A DNA stretch of 53,844 bases, taken from NCBI GenBank assembly GCA_944358325.1, contig CALVQV010000002.1:1-53844 (forward strand), in the 5' to 3' direction. Source of the stretch: an uncultured Bacilli bacterium. GTDB lineage: Bacteria > Bacillota_I > Bacilli_A > RF39 > UBA660. The notes under the pieces were generated by a model. It saw only the letters and a list, made by a program, of their open reading frames with translations, was not told where the DNA came from and ran no database searches. Below, piece by piece: positions 1 to 8,938 of the stretch (positions within the stretch are counted from its first letter, which is position 1; each line of letters opens with the position of its first letter). The position numbers and the translations under genes are program-made.

Positions 1-127
1 TGATATAATTGTTATAGAATAATTAAAATATAGAATATGATAAAATGAATTTACACAGTTAAATTTACAGGGTCAAATGAATATAGAGTAAATAGTAAGT
101 TAATACTAAAACTGAGGAGATGTATTC

Positions 128-1471
128 ATGAAAGAAAAGGGATTTACACTAATAGAATTACTAGCAGTTATCGTTATATTAGCAGTAATAGTGTTAATCG
201 CAACACCACTAATTATGGGCGTTATAGATGAAGCAAAGGATGGAGCTAATAAAAGAAGTGTTCAAAGTATAAGAGATGGTGCTGAAACATTTTTATTATC
301 TAAAAAGACTTTAGATGGTAACTATTCCTTTAATATGAATGATTATACGTTTAAAGGAAATCAATTTGGAAAAGGAACAGATGATGAAAGAATTAATATT
401 GTTTTCAACGATCAAGATGAAGCCAGTGTAGCAGTATATGAAAATAATAAATGTTATTACATATTAGCAGGATCAAATGAAGTTCTGAGCATCGAGGTTA
501 ATAATAAAGGTGAATGTATATCAAAAATAGGAGATAGTTTGTTACCTGAAATAATTAGTATTACACCTAATACAACTGATTGGGTTTTAAGTGGAATTGT
601 TTTAACCGTTGAGGCTAAAGATGATAGCGGTATTAAAGCATATAGTTTTGATAATGGAATAACATGGCAAGATTCTAATGTTTCTCCTGTTTACAATGTT
701 GCTGGCGAAATTAATATAAAAGTTAAAGATTATGCTGATAATATTACATCTACAACGGTTAATATTGAAAGCCGAACTGAATATGGTTATCAAGAAGTAA
801 CACAATGGGATAGTGAATATGATTTAACTAAACCTAGTGATGGTTATTATAAAACCAAAAATCAATATCAATTATCCTATCAAGTAGATGAATGGATACA
901 AGAAAATCCTGGCAAAGGTGGAACGGAATATAGTGGTATTCAATCTTCTAATGGTAATATGGTAAACAATCAATTAACCAAACATATTTATTTTGGTAAA
1001 ACGGTTAGAAATATAGTAGGAACTTATACACCATATTCAGTTAGATATGAAAATCCGTCTAATCAATATAGTTGGAATTTTACTTTGCTCACACCACCTG
1101 GTGATTCAACTTCTCGTTATGTTGGTGATAATACAAATACAAGATATAACTTTCCTAAAAATACGACTCCTGTTACAGAATTTTCTTATATAATTAAAGC
1201 TAATGGTAGACCTAGTTCTGCATATGAGGCAGACGTTGCTTGGAATATTAGTTCATGGGAATACTTGAGTCATAAGACTTTAATGACAGATTGGCAGGAT
1301 TCAAACGTTGATATTCCCGAGGGGACATTCGTAGGTATTGCTAATACTAGAGAGGTATATGCTAAAGCTCTTAGTTGGGGACCTAGTATGGGATGGAATC
1401 CTGATACGCCATATACGCAAACTACTTCAGTTAAACCTGTTACTAGAACAACGATTCATTTTGTAAGTTAA
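128..1471 (+). CDS. Prepilin-type N-terminal cleavage/methylation domain protein (type IV pilin/pseudopilin-like) with a ~400-aa C-terminal extension
   Basis: N-terminus MKEKGFTLIELLAVIVILAVI is the classic G|FTLIE prepilin peptidase site followed by a hydrophobic helix. GGAG RBS upstream and an intrinsic terminator right after the stop. The C-terminal part is beta-rich and I cannot assign it to a family. Confidence 0.8.
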   Translation: MKEKGFTLIELLAVIVILAVIVLIATPLIMGVIDEAKDGANKRSVQSIRDGAETFLLSKKTLDGNYSFNMNDYTFKGNQFGKGTDDERINIVFNDQDEASVAVYENNKCYYILAGSNEVLSIEVNNKGECISKIGDSLLPEIISITPNTTDWVLSGIVLTVEAKDDSGIKAYSFDNGITWQDSNVSPVYNVAGEINIKVKDYADNITSTTVNIESRTEYGYQEVTQWDSEYDLTKPSDGYYKTKNQYQLSYQVDEWIQENPGKGGTEYSGIQSSNGNMVNNQLTKHIYFGKTVRNIVGTYTPYSVRYENPSNQYSWNFTLLTPPGDSTSRYVGDNTNTRYNFPKNTTPVTEFSYIIKANGRPSSAYEADVAWNISSWEYLSHKTLMTDWQDSNVDIPEGTFVGIANTREVYAKALSWGPSMGWNPDTPYTQTTSVKPVTRTTIHFVS

Positions 1472-1495
1472 AAGGTTTTTTTAAACCTTTTTTTC
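1470..1495 (+). terminator. Intrinsic terminator after the pilin-like gene
   Basis: AAAGGTTT-tttt-AAACCTTT hairpin followed by a T-run. Confidence 0.75.
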
Positions 1496-1535
1496 ATATC
1501 ATCTTATAAATTAAATATAATGTATTGGAGGTAAT

Positions 1536-2744
1536 ATGAAAAAGTATAGGTTTACGTATTTGTTATTACTATCTGTTATTATAGGTAGTATATTAGGGCT
1601 TATTTTTGAAGAAGATATTGTTGTTATTAAGCCTTTTGGTGATTTATTCTTAAATATGATGTTTACTATTGTTGTACCACTTGTTTTCTTTACAATTAGT
1701 AGTAGTGTTGCTAGTATGTTAGATTTAAAACGTTTGGGTAAAATATTTAAGTATATGTTTCTTGTTTTTATTGGTACATGTTTAACTGCAAGTATTGTTA
1801 TGCTTATTGGTGTTCTAGTTATTAATCCTGTTAGTTCTAATAGTCTTATTGAAATAAGCGGTGGAGCAGGAGAAAGTACATCATTTTTAGAAAGTTTAGT
1901 TAATGCTTTAACAGTTAGTGATTTTAATAATCTTTTAAGTCGTAGTCATATGTTAGCTTTAATTATTTTCTCAGTTTTCTTTGGTATTGGATGTTCAAGT
2001 TTAGGTCGTGAAGCAAGTCCTTTAACTAATATTTTAAATATTGGTTCTAAAGTAATGATGAAATTAGTTAAATATATTATGTATTATGCACCAATTGGTT
2101 TATGTGCTTATTTTGCTGCTTTAGTTGGTGAATTTGGTACAACTTTAATTGCTAGTTATGTTAAGAGTTTCTTACTTTATTGTGGTGTTGGCTTATTTTA
2201 TTATTTAGTCTTTTATAGTATTTATGCTTATATCGCTGGTGGTAAAAAGGGAGTCAAAGTATTTTGGGAAAATATTATTGGACCAACACTAACTGCTTTA
2301 GCTACGCAATCTTCACTTGCTACACTTCCAACTAGTTTAGAAGCTACTAAAGATATGGGAGTATCTAAAGATATTAGAGAAGTTGTTCTACCTATTGGTT
2401 CTACAATGAACATGCATGGTAGTGTTATGTCAGCTATTTTGAAAATTGCTTTTGTTTTTAGCTTATTTAATATTCCTTTTAGTGGTTTTGATATTCCTTT
2501 AGCTATTCTTATTAGTATTTTAAGTGGTGTTGTAATGTCTGGTATTCCTGGTGGTGGTTTAATTGGCGAAATGTTGATTGTAAGTTTATATGGATTACCT
2601 GCAGGTGCTTTTGCGGTTATTAGTACTATAGGGATTATTATTGATGCTCCTGCGACTGCTATTAATGTTTGTGGTAATCCTGTAAGTGCAATGTTAGTAT
2701 CTAGGTTTGTAGATAAAGATAAATTTTTAGCTAAAATAAATTAA
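1536..2744 (+). CDS. Dicarboxylate/amino acid:cation symporter (DAACS family, GltP/SstT-like)
   Basis: Polytopic membrane protein with PIGSTMNMHGS and GIPGGGLIGE segments, resembling the conserved reentrant-loop motifs of the glutamate/serine symporter family. GGAGG RBS. Confidence 0.85.
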   Translation: MKKYRFTYLLLLSVIIGSILGLIFEEDIVVIKPFGDLFLNMMFTIVVPLVFFTISSSVASMLDLKRLGKIFKYMFLVFIGTCLTASIVMLIGVLVINPVSSNSLIEISGGAGESTSFLESLVNALTVSDFNNLLSRSHMLALIIFSVFFGIGCSSLGREASPLTNILNIGSKVMMKLVKYIMYYAPIGLCAYFAALVGEFGTTLIASYVKSFLLYCGVGLFYYLVFYSIYAYIAGGKKGVKVFWENIIGPTLTALATQSSLATLPTSLEATKDMGVSKDIREVVLPIGSTMNMHGSVMSAILKIAFVFSLFNIPFSGFDIPLAILISILSGVVMSGIPGGGLIGEMLIVSLYGLPAGAFAVISTIGIIIDAPATAINVCGNPVSAMLVSRFVDKDKFLAKIN

Positions 2745-2768
2745 CTTTTCTTAGGAAAAGTTTTTTTA
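2743..2768 (+). terminator. Intrinsic terminator after the symporter gene
   Basis: AACTTTTC-ttag-GAAAAGTT hairpin plus T-run. Confidence 0.75.
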
Positions 2769-2788
2769 TAGAATAGAAGCATATAATA

Positions 2789-2797
2789 TGGTATAAT
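2789..2797 (+). promoter_or_regulatory. Extended -10 promoter element (TGgTATAAT) for murG-murB-divIB
   Basis: TGnTATAAT 22 nt upstream of the murG ATG, directly after the symporter terminator. Confidence 0.6.
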
Positions 2798-2818
2798 CAA
2801 TATAGAGGATGTGATGAC

Positions 2819-3901
2819 ATGAGGGTGATTATTAGTGCAGGAGGAACAGGTGGCCATATTTATCCTGCTTTAGCGATACTTGATAAAATTAAAGATATGG
2901 AACCTAATAGTGAATTTTTATATATAGGAACTCATAATCGTATGGAATGTGATATAGTTCCTGAAAAAGGCATTCCTTTTAAAACAATCGAAGTATACGG
3001 CTTGGATCGTAAGCATTTAACTAATAATGTTAAAACTATAAAATGTTTTTTTAAAGCATATAAAGAATGTAAAAAAATTATTAAGGAATTTAAACCCGAT
3101 ATTGTTATTGGGGTTGGTGGATATGTAACCGCACCTCTTTTATATGCTGCGCATCGTTTAAAGATAAAAACATATATTCATGAACAAAATAGTGTTCCTG
3201 GCGCTAGTAATAAGTTTTTATCTCGTTTTGTTGATGGCATAGGTGTTTCTTTTAAAGGTTCTTTAGAATGTTTTCCACGTAAGAAAACAACTTATACCGG
3301 CAATCCATGTAGTGAAAGTGCTTTAAAAGCTGAACCCATTTTAAAAACAGAATTAGGTTTGAGTTCTAATAAAAAACTTGTACTATTTGTTATGGGAAGT
3401 TTAGGAGCTTATAAAGTAAACGAATATTTAACTAGTATTATGCCAAAATTTAAGGGGAAAGATTATGAAGTTTTATTTGTGACTGGTAAAAATAGTTATG
3501 AATATGTAATTAAGCATGAATTTCCTAGTAATGTCAAAGTAGTAGAATATGTTAATGGACTTACGCGTGTTATGAAAAGATGTGATTTAATTGTTAGTCG
3601 TGCGGGAGCTAGTACTTTAAGTGAAATTATTAGTTTGGGTCTTCCAAGTATTTTAATACCTAGTCCATATGTTCCAAATAATCATCAATATAAAAATGCT
3701 TTAGATTTAGTTAATAGAGAAGCAGCTATTTTAGTAGAAGAAAAAGATTTAAAAGGGGATATTATTGTTGAAAAAATAGATATGCTTATTAATGATGATA
3801 TTTATTTAAGAGAAATGAAAAAGAAATTAAAAGAGTTATCTGTTCCTAATAGTGCAGCTTTGATTTATAGCGAAATTAAAAAAATTATAGATAGGAAATA
3901 A
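2819..3901 (+). CDS. murG: Lipid II synthase MurG (undecaprenyl-PP-MurNAc-pentapeptide GlcNAc transferase)
   Basis: N-terminal GGTGGHIYPALA motif, typical length of 360 aa, and position directly upstream of murB, divIB, ftsA and ftsZ. Confidence 0.95.
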   Translation: MRVIISAGGTGGHIYPALAILDKIKDMEPNSEFLYIGTHNRMECDIVPEKGIPFKTIEVYGLDRKHLTNNVKTIKCFFKAYKECKKIIKEFKPDIVIGVGGYVTAPLLYAAHRLKIKTYIHEQNSVPGASNKFLSRFVDGIGVSFKGSLECFPRKKTTYTGNPCSESALKAEPILKTELGLSSNKKLVLFVMGSLGAYKVNEYLTSIMPKFKGKDYEVLFVTGKNSYEYVIKHEFPSNVKVVEYVNGLTRVMKRCDLIVSRAGASTLSEIISLGLPSILIPSPYVPNNHQYKNALDLVNREAAILVEEKDLKGDIIVEKIDMLINDDIYLREMKKKLKELSVPNSAALIYSEIKKIIDRK

Positions 3902-3903
3902 AT

Positions 3904-4800
3904 ATGAACATTATAACTGAATTAGAAAAATTAAATGTTGGCACAATTATTAAAAATGCCGATATGAAAAAATTTACAACATATAAAGCAGGCGGTCATG
4001 CTTTATGTATTGTTAGTCCATATAATGAAACAAATTTAATTAAATTAATGCGTTTTATTAATGAAAATAGTATTAAATATAAAGTTATTGGTAATTGTTC
4101 AAATCTTATTTTTAGTGATGAATTATATGATGGTATTTTGATAAAATTAGATGAATTTGATACTTTATATATTAAGAATAATATTGTTACTGTAGGTGCA
4201 GGTTATTCACTTATGAAGCTTGCTTTAAAAGTTTCTCATATGGGTTTAAGTGGGTTAGAATTTGCTGCTGGTATTCCTGGAACTATTGGTGGATCTGTTT
4301 TTATGAATGCAGGTGCTTATAATAGTGATATGGGATATATAGTTAAAAAAGTAAAAGTTTTAACACCAGAATTAAAAATAATAACCTTATATAATCATGA
4401 TTTAGATTTTCATTACAGAACAAGTTTTTTACAAAAAAATCCTGCTTATATTTGTTTAGAGGCAACTTTGGAATTAATTCCTGGTGATGAAAAAGAAATT
4501 ATGGAAATTATTAAAGACCGAAGAGAAAGAAGAATAAAGAGTCAACCTTTAGAATATCCTAGTGCTGGTAGCGTTTTTAGAAATCCTAAAGATAATTATG
4601 CTGGTAAATTAATTGAAGAAATTGGCTATAAAGGTAAACGTATTGGTGATGCTGCAGTTAGCGAAAAGCACGCTAATTTTGTTATTAATTTAGGTAATGC
4701 TAAAGGTAATGATATAAAAAAACTTATTTTAGATATAAAGAAAAAAGTAAAAGAAGAGAAAGGTATTGAACTAAAAATAGAACAAGAATTTGTAGAATAG
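3904..4800 (+). CDS. murB: UDP-N-acetylenolpyruvoylglucosamine reductase MurB
   Basis: FAD-binding-type N-terminal domain (KKFTTYKAGGHA, GNCSNLIF), a C-terminal SAGSVFRNP motif, and dcw-cluster context. Confidence 0.95.
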   Translation: MNIITELEKLNVGTIIKNADMKKFTTYKAGGHALCIVSPYNETNLIKLMRFINENSIKYKVIGNCSNLIFSDELYDGILIKLDEFDTLYIKNNIVTVGAGYSLMKLALKVSHMGLSGLEFAAGIPGTIGGSVFMNAGAYNSDMGYIVKKVKVLTPELKIITLYNHDLDFHYRTSFLQKNPAYICLEATLELIPGDEKEIMEIIKDRRERRIKSQPLEYPSAGSVFRNPKDNYAGKLIEEIGYKGKRIGDAAVSEKHANFVINLGNAKGNDIKKLILDIKKKVKEEKGIELKIEQEFVE

Positions 4801-4809
4801 GGGTATTTT

Positions 4810-5562
4810 ATGACTAGTCGTGAAAAACTTAATAAAAATAAATATAGTAACAAAAAAGTAAAAGAAAATACTAATGAAAAGAAAACAAAAGAAGTAAAAA
4901 AAGTAAAGAAAATTAAAAGACGTATTAGGTGGAAGAATCTTTTTCTTTTCCTTTTTTCTGTTGTTGTATTATTTTTTGTTGGCTATTTTGCTTTAAATAT
5001 AAAAATAACAAATATTTATATTGAAGGTAATAGAATTTTAAGTGATCAAGAAGTTATAGAAATGGCTGGTGTTGAAAATTATCCTGGCATTTTAGATATT
5101 TTACGTGAAACTAAAAAAAATTTAAAACAAAATAATTTAATTAAAGAAGCAGAAATTGACCTTGATTTTCGTAAATTAACTATTAAAATTGAAGAAAATT
5201 ATCCTTTGTTTTATAATGCTAATAATAATAAAACGGTTTTAGTTGATGGCAGTTTTGCAGACCAAAAATTATCTGCACCTTTACTTATTAATTATGTTCC
5301 AGATACCATTTATGATTCTTTTGTTAAAGCTATGAGAAAGGTCAATTTAGATATTATTGAACGTATATCAGAGATAAAATATGATCCTGATACTGTAGAT
5401 AATTCTCGTTTTTTGCTTTCAATGCGTGATGGTAATTATGTTTATTTAACTATTACTAAATGGGATAGTATTAATAGTTATGTTTCTATCATCAAAGAAT
5501 TTCCTGGAAAAAAAGGAATAATTTATTTAAATGCTGGAAATTCATTCGAAGTTTTTGAATAA
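4810..5562 (+). CDS. divIB: Cell division protein DivIB/FtsQ (Lys-rich N-tail, one TM, POTRA-like ectodomain)
   Basis: Bitopic architecture and position immediately upstream of ftsA-ftsZ. The ITNIYIEGNRILSDQEVIEMAGV stretch looks POTRA-like. Confidence 0.8.
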   Translation: MTSREKLNKNKYSNKKVKENTNEKKTKEVKKVKKIKRRIRWKNLFLFLFSVVVLFFVGYFALNIKITNIYIEGNRILSDQEVIEMAGVENYPGILDILRETKKNLKQNNLIKEAEIDLDFRKLTIKIEENYPLFYNANNNKTVLVDGSFADQKLSAPLLINYVPDTIYDSFVKAMRKVNLDIIERISEIKYDPDTVDNSRFLLSMRDGNYVYLTITKWDSINSYVSIIKEFPGKKGIIYLNAGNSFEVFE

Positions 5563-5600
5563 AATAAAGGTTTTTCTACACTTTTTTTGCATTTTATTTC

Positions 5601-5629
5601 TTTACGTTTTTATAAATATATAGTATAAT
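5601..5629 (+). promoter_or_regulatory. Sigma-A-type promoter upstream of ftsA (-35 TTTACG, 17-nt spacer, -10 TATAAT)
   Basis: Hexamers read directly at 5601-5606 and 5624-5629. Confidence 0.55.
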
Positions 5630-5657
5630 TATTTTAAATAATATTGGAGATGATTTA

Positions 5658-6914
5658 GTGAAGCAAGTATATACAAGCATTGATATTGGTTCTGATACGA
5701 TTAAAGTTGTAACGTGCGAATTATATAAAAATAAATTAAATTTGCTTGCAGCTTCTAAAGCTAAATCAGAAGGAATAAAAAGAGGATTGATTGTTGATCC
5801 TAATAAAGTTGCTTATAGTATAAAAAAAGCTATTTATGAAGTTGAAACACAATTAGGAATAAAAGTAAAGAAGGTTATAACTAATATACCTAGTTATTTT
5901 AATGAATTTGCAATGGTTTCTGGTGAAGTAGAAATAGCTGTTGATGAATTTGGTAATCCAGGAACAGTTACAGGCAATGATATCAGTAAGGTATTGCAAG
6001 TTGCTGTTAAATCAAAAATGACTAGTGCTCGTGAAATAGTTGCCATTTTGCCAGTTGATTTTCAAATAGATGGGGTTGCTGGCATAGTTGATCCTAAGGG
6101 ATATACTGGTTCTATTTTAAAAGTACGTGGTATCATAATTACTGTTCCAGTTAAAAATGTATACTCTGTTTTATCACTTTTAGAAAGTATTGGTATTGAA
6201 ACAGTTGAAATATCACTTAGTAGTATTGGTGATATGTATGCTCTTAAAGATAAGTTTATGAATAATAAAGTAGGGGCTATTGTTAATATTGGTTCAGAAA
6301 CAACAACAGTTTCTTTATATAACAAAACGTTACCTTTAAAAAGTTCTATTATTCAATTGGGTGGTTCTAGTGTTGATAATGATCTTATGTATATGTACAA
6401 ATTAGATAAAGAATCAGCTATAAAAATTAAAGAAAGATTTGCTTTAGCTCATAAGATGAATGCCAATGTTGGAGATTTATATGAATGCATTAATATAAAT
6501 GGAGAGTCTATTAAAGTAAATCAATATGAAGTTTCAGAAGTTGTCCAAGCCCGTTTAGAAGAACTTATGGGGCTAGTAAAACAAGAAATAGAAATTTTAA
6601 CTAATCGTGAACTTGAGTATATTGTTTTTACCGGTGGAATCAGTAATATGCATAATTTTAATGAAATAATAGGTGCATTTTTTGGAACATGTGCTATAAT
6701 AGGTAATGTGAAGATAGTTGGGCTTAGAAATAATAAATATAGCACTGCTATTGGAAATATGATGTATTTTATAAATAAATTAGAATTAAAGGGGAAGAAT
6801 TATTCCATGCTATCTCGTAGTGAAGAAGAAGAAATGTCTTCTGTTAAAAGAAATATAGCAAGTGGATCAGAAACAATGTTAGGGAAAGTATTTGGTTACT
6901 TCTTTAACGAATAA
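5658..6914 (+). CDS. ftsA: Cell division protein FtsA (GTG start)
   Basis: Actin-like ATPase motifs ([28 protein letters not shown]), a C-terminal amphipathic helix (LGKVFGYFF), and position upstream of ftsZ. Confidence 0.95.
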   Translation: MKQVYTSIDIGSDTIKVVTCELYKNKLNLLAASKAKSEGIKRGLIVDPNKVAYSIKKAIYEVETQLGIKVKKVITNIPSYFNEFAMVSGEVEIAVDEFGNPGTVTGNDISKVLQVAVKSKMTSAREIVAILPVDFQIDGVAGIVDPKGYTGSILKVRGIIITVPVKNVYSVLSLLESIGIETVEISLSSIGDMYALKDKFMNNKVGAIVNIGSETTTVSLYNKTLPLKSSIIQLGGSSVDNDLMYMYKLDKESAIKIKERFALAHKMNANVGDLYECININGESIKVNQYEVSEVVQARLEELMGLVKQEIEILTNRELEYIVFTGGISNMHNFNEIIGAFFGTCAIIGNVKIVGLRNNKYSTAIGNMMYFINKLELKGKNYSMLSRSEEEEMSSVKRNIASGSETMLGKVFGYFFNE

Positions 6915-6925
6915 GGAGGATATTT

Positions 6926-8005
6926 ATGATTGGACTAGAAATGGATCAATTGGCAAAGATTAAAGTAATAGGTGTTGGTGGCGGTGGTAATAATGCCGTT
7001 AATAGAATGATTGAATCAGGAGTTAAAGGTGTAGAATTCATTGTTGCTAATACAGATAGACAAGTTTTGAATAATTCTAAAGCAGATGTAAAAATTCAAT
7101 TAGGTTTAGAGTTAACTGGTGGTTTGGGTGCTGGAGCTAAACCTGAAGTAGGAAGAGAAGCTGCCCTAGAAACAAAAGAAGAATTAGAACATGCTTTGGA
7201 AGGTGCCGATATGGTTTTTGTCACTTGTGGTATGGGTGGTGGAACTGGTACAGGAGCTGCTCCTGTAATTGCTGATATCGCTCAACAATTAGGGGCATTA
7301 ACTGTTGGAATTGTTACTAAACCATTTTCATTCGAAGGTAGAAAACGTATGGAAAATGCTTTAGCAGGTTTAGAAGAATTAAAAAAACATGTAGATACTT
7401 TAATTATTATACCTAATGATCGTTTAAGAGAAATTATTGATAAGACAACACCACTTGTTGATTCTTTTAAAGAAGTAGATAATGTTTTACGTCGTGGTGT
7501 ACAATCAATTAGTGATTTGATTGCTGTAGCAGGGCTTATTAACTTAGACTTTGCCGATGTTAAAACAGTTATGGAAAAGAAAGGTAACGCTTTAATTGGT
7601 ATTGGTATGGGTGTTGGTGAAAATCGTGCTGCTGATGCGGCTAGGGAAGCTGTATCAAGTCCACTTTTAGAAACAAGTATAAGTGGAGCTACTGATGCTA
7701 TTATTAATGTTACTGGTGGTGCTAATTTAACTTTATTTGAAGTAGAAGAAGCAAATGAAGTTATTCGTGAAAGCGCTAATACAGATATTAATACTATCTT
7801 TGGTGCTGTTATTAATGAAAATTTAAATGATGAAATTATTGTTACTGTTATCGCAACAGGGTTTGAAGAAGAATCAGAACCTTTATATCATTCATATACA
7901 AGACGTGAAGGTATAAAAGAACAACATAATAATAACGATGATGATGATAGTAACGGAACATCACAATTGGATATTCCATCATTTTTGAAAAAAAGAGGTT
8001 TTTAA
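6926..8005 (+). CDS. ftsZ: Cell division GTPase FtsZ
   Basis: Tubulin signature [12 protein letters not shown]-terminal [12 protein letters not shown], and the C-terminal peptide [21 protein letters not shown]. Confidence 0.98.
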   Translation: MIGLEMDQLAKIKVIGVGGGGNNAVNRMIESGVKGVEFIVANTDRQVLNNSKADVKIQLGLELTGGLGAGAKPEVGREAALETKEELEHALEGADMVFVTCGMGGGTGTGAAPVIADIAQQLGALTVGIVTKPFSFEGRKRMENALAGLEELKKHVDTLIIIPNDRLREIIDKTTPLVDSFKEVDNVLRRGVQSISDLIAVAGLINLDFADVKTVMEKKGNALIGIGMGVGENRAADAAREAVSSPLLETSISGATDAIINVTGGANLTLFEVEEANEVIRESANTDINTIFGAVINENLNDEIIVTVIATGFEEESEPLYHSYTRREGIKEQHNNNDDDDSNGTSQLDIPSFLKKRGF

Positions 8006-8021
8006 TCTCTTTTATTTTTTG

Positions 8022-8042
8022 TGTGAAACATTATGTTTCACA
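8022..8042. repeat. Perfect 9-3-9 palindrome TGTGAAACA-tta-TGTTTCACA
   Basis: Read directly. It lies between the ftsZ stop and the -35 of the next promoter. Confidence 0.9.
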
Positions 8043-8070
8043 TTGCTAATTTCTTTTGGTTTGGTATAAT
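8043..8070 (+). promoter_or_regulatory. Promoter of the lipoprotein gene (-35 TTGCTA, extended -10 TGgTATAAT)
   Basis: Hexamers at 8043-8048 and 8065-8070, with TG at 8062-8063. Confidence 0.6.
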
Positions 8071-8088
8071 GTTTTAGGAGGTTAGAAA

Positions 8089-8889
8089 ATGAAGAAAAAA
8101 ATATTTGGATTATTAATGGCTTTTGTTATGATTTTCACTGTTGCTGGTTGTGGAAATAACAATGTTGCTTTAGATTTAGAAAAAATTAAAACAGAAATTA
8201 TGGAATTAAAATTAGATACTGTAGAACGTGTAAATATTTCAAGTGCATTATCTACAAGTGATTATTTCTTAAATACTATGGATGTATATGATTTTGATTT
8301 AGAAAAATATGGCATTACTAAAGATTATATTGAATTAAAAGAAGATAATTATGATTTTAGTTTTGCTGTTAGCGAAGATGAATCAAGTGCTTATTTTATA
8401 GGTAAAGTTAAAGATGAAAAATTAATTTCTGAATTAGATGAATATTTTTCTAAATTTAAAGAAGTTAAAAAAGATGAAATAGAAGGCTATACAGTATATG
8501 TAGCATGTTCTAATAATGAAGATGCGTTAAAATTAGCACGTGAAAATGCTTATAGTAAAATTTATAATAATTTAAATTATGCTACTGATACTTCAGTTTT
8601 AAGTATTGATAAAAATTTAGTAAGCGAATTTTTAATTGGAACACCAATGTTTATTACTAGTGCTGAACAATATATCATTTTAAAACCAGCAGATGGTAAA
8701 GAAGAAGAAGTTAAAGAAGCTATGGATACATATATGACTAATCTACAACAACAATGGGATACTTATTTACCATTACAAGCAGAATTAGTTAGAAATAGAG
8801 AAGAAACAAAAGTCGGAGATTATTTAATTTATATTATTTCTCAAGATAACGCTAAAGTTTTAGATGTTATAAAAAATAATCAAAAATAG
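8089..8889 (+). CDS. Lipoprotein of unknown function (DUF4358-like guess)
   Basis: Signal peptide with lipobox FTVAGC|GNN. Acidic secreted domain. GGAGG RBS. Confidence 0.7.
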   Translation: MKKKIFGLLMAFVMIFTVAGCGNNNVALDLEKIKTEIMELKLDTVERVNISSALSTSDYFLNTMDVYDFDLEKYGITKDYIELKEDNYDFSFAVSEDESSAYFIGKVKDEKLISELDEYFSKFKEVKKDEIEGYTVYVACSNNEDALKLARENAYSKIYNNLNYATDTSVLSIDKNLVSEFLIGTPMFITSAEQYIILKPADGKEEEVKEAMDTYMTNLQQQWDTYLPLQAELVRNREETKVGDYLIYIISQDNAKVLDVIKNNQK

Positions 8890-8909
8890 AGAAAATTCTC
8901 TATTTTTTT
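8886..8909 (+). terminator. Intrinsic terminator after the lipoprotein gene
   Basis: ATAGAGAA-aa-TTCTCTAT hairpin followed by T6. The tight loop suggests it may be leaky. Confidence 0.6.
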
Positions 8910-8917
8910 GGTATAAT
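8909..8917 (+). promoter_or_regulatory. Extended -10 element (TGgTATAAT) for the MBOAT-DHHW operon
   Basis: Read directly, 22 nt upstream of the ATG at 8939. Confidence 0.55.
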
Positions 8918-8938
8918 AAAAATAGATAGGATGATGTT

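Noticed and set aside
602-805. Short antisense ORFs nested inside longer genes. They are at 602-805, 2228-2413, 4626-4853, 6062-6325, 6521-6745, 9130-9330, 9820-10035, 15419-15613, 33338-33568, 38771-38959, 39392-39595, 45169-45543, 50644-50925 and 52186-52371.
   Set aside because: Each lies inside a well-supported gene on the other strand, has no RBS that I could see, and has low-complexity S/I/L/F-rich translations. They are shadow ORFs.
6926-8005. Absence of spoIIGA-sigE-sigG downstream of ftsZ, taken as evidence that the organism does not sporulate.
   Set aside because: Gene order varies between lineages. The spoVID-like and ysxE-like genes and the coat-like protein in the same window point the other way. 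This cannot be decided from one window.
8022-8042. Reading the TGTGAAACA-tta-TGTTTCACA palindrome as a CRP/FNR or Rex operator.
   Set aside because: Between TGTGA and TCACA the spacing is 11 nt, against 6 for CRP/FNR boxes. Between TGTGAA and TTCACA it is 9 nt, against 4-6 for Rex. I therefore keep it only as an unassigned palindrome or possible terminator.
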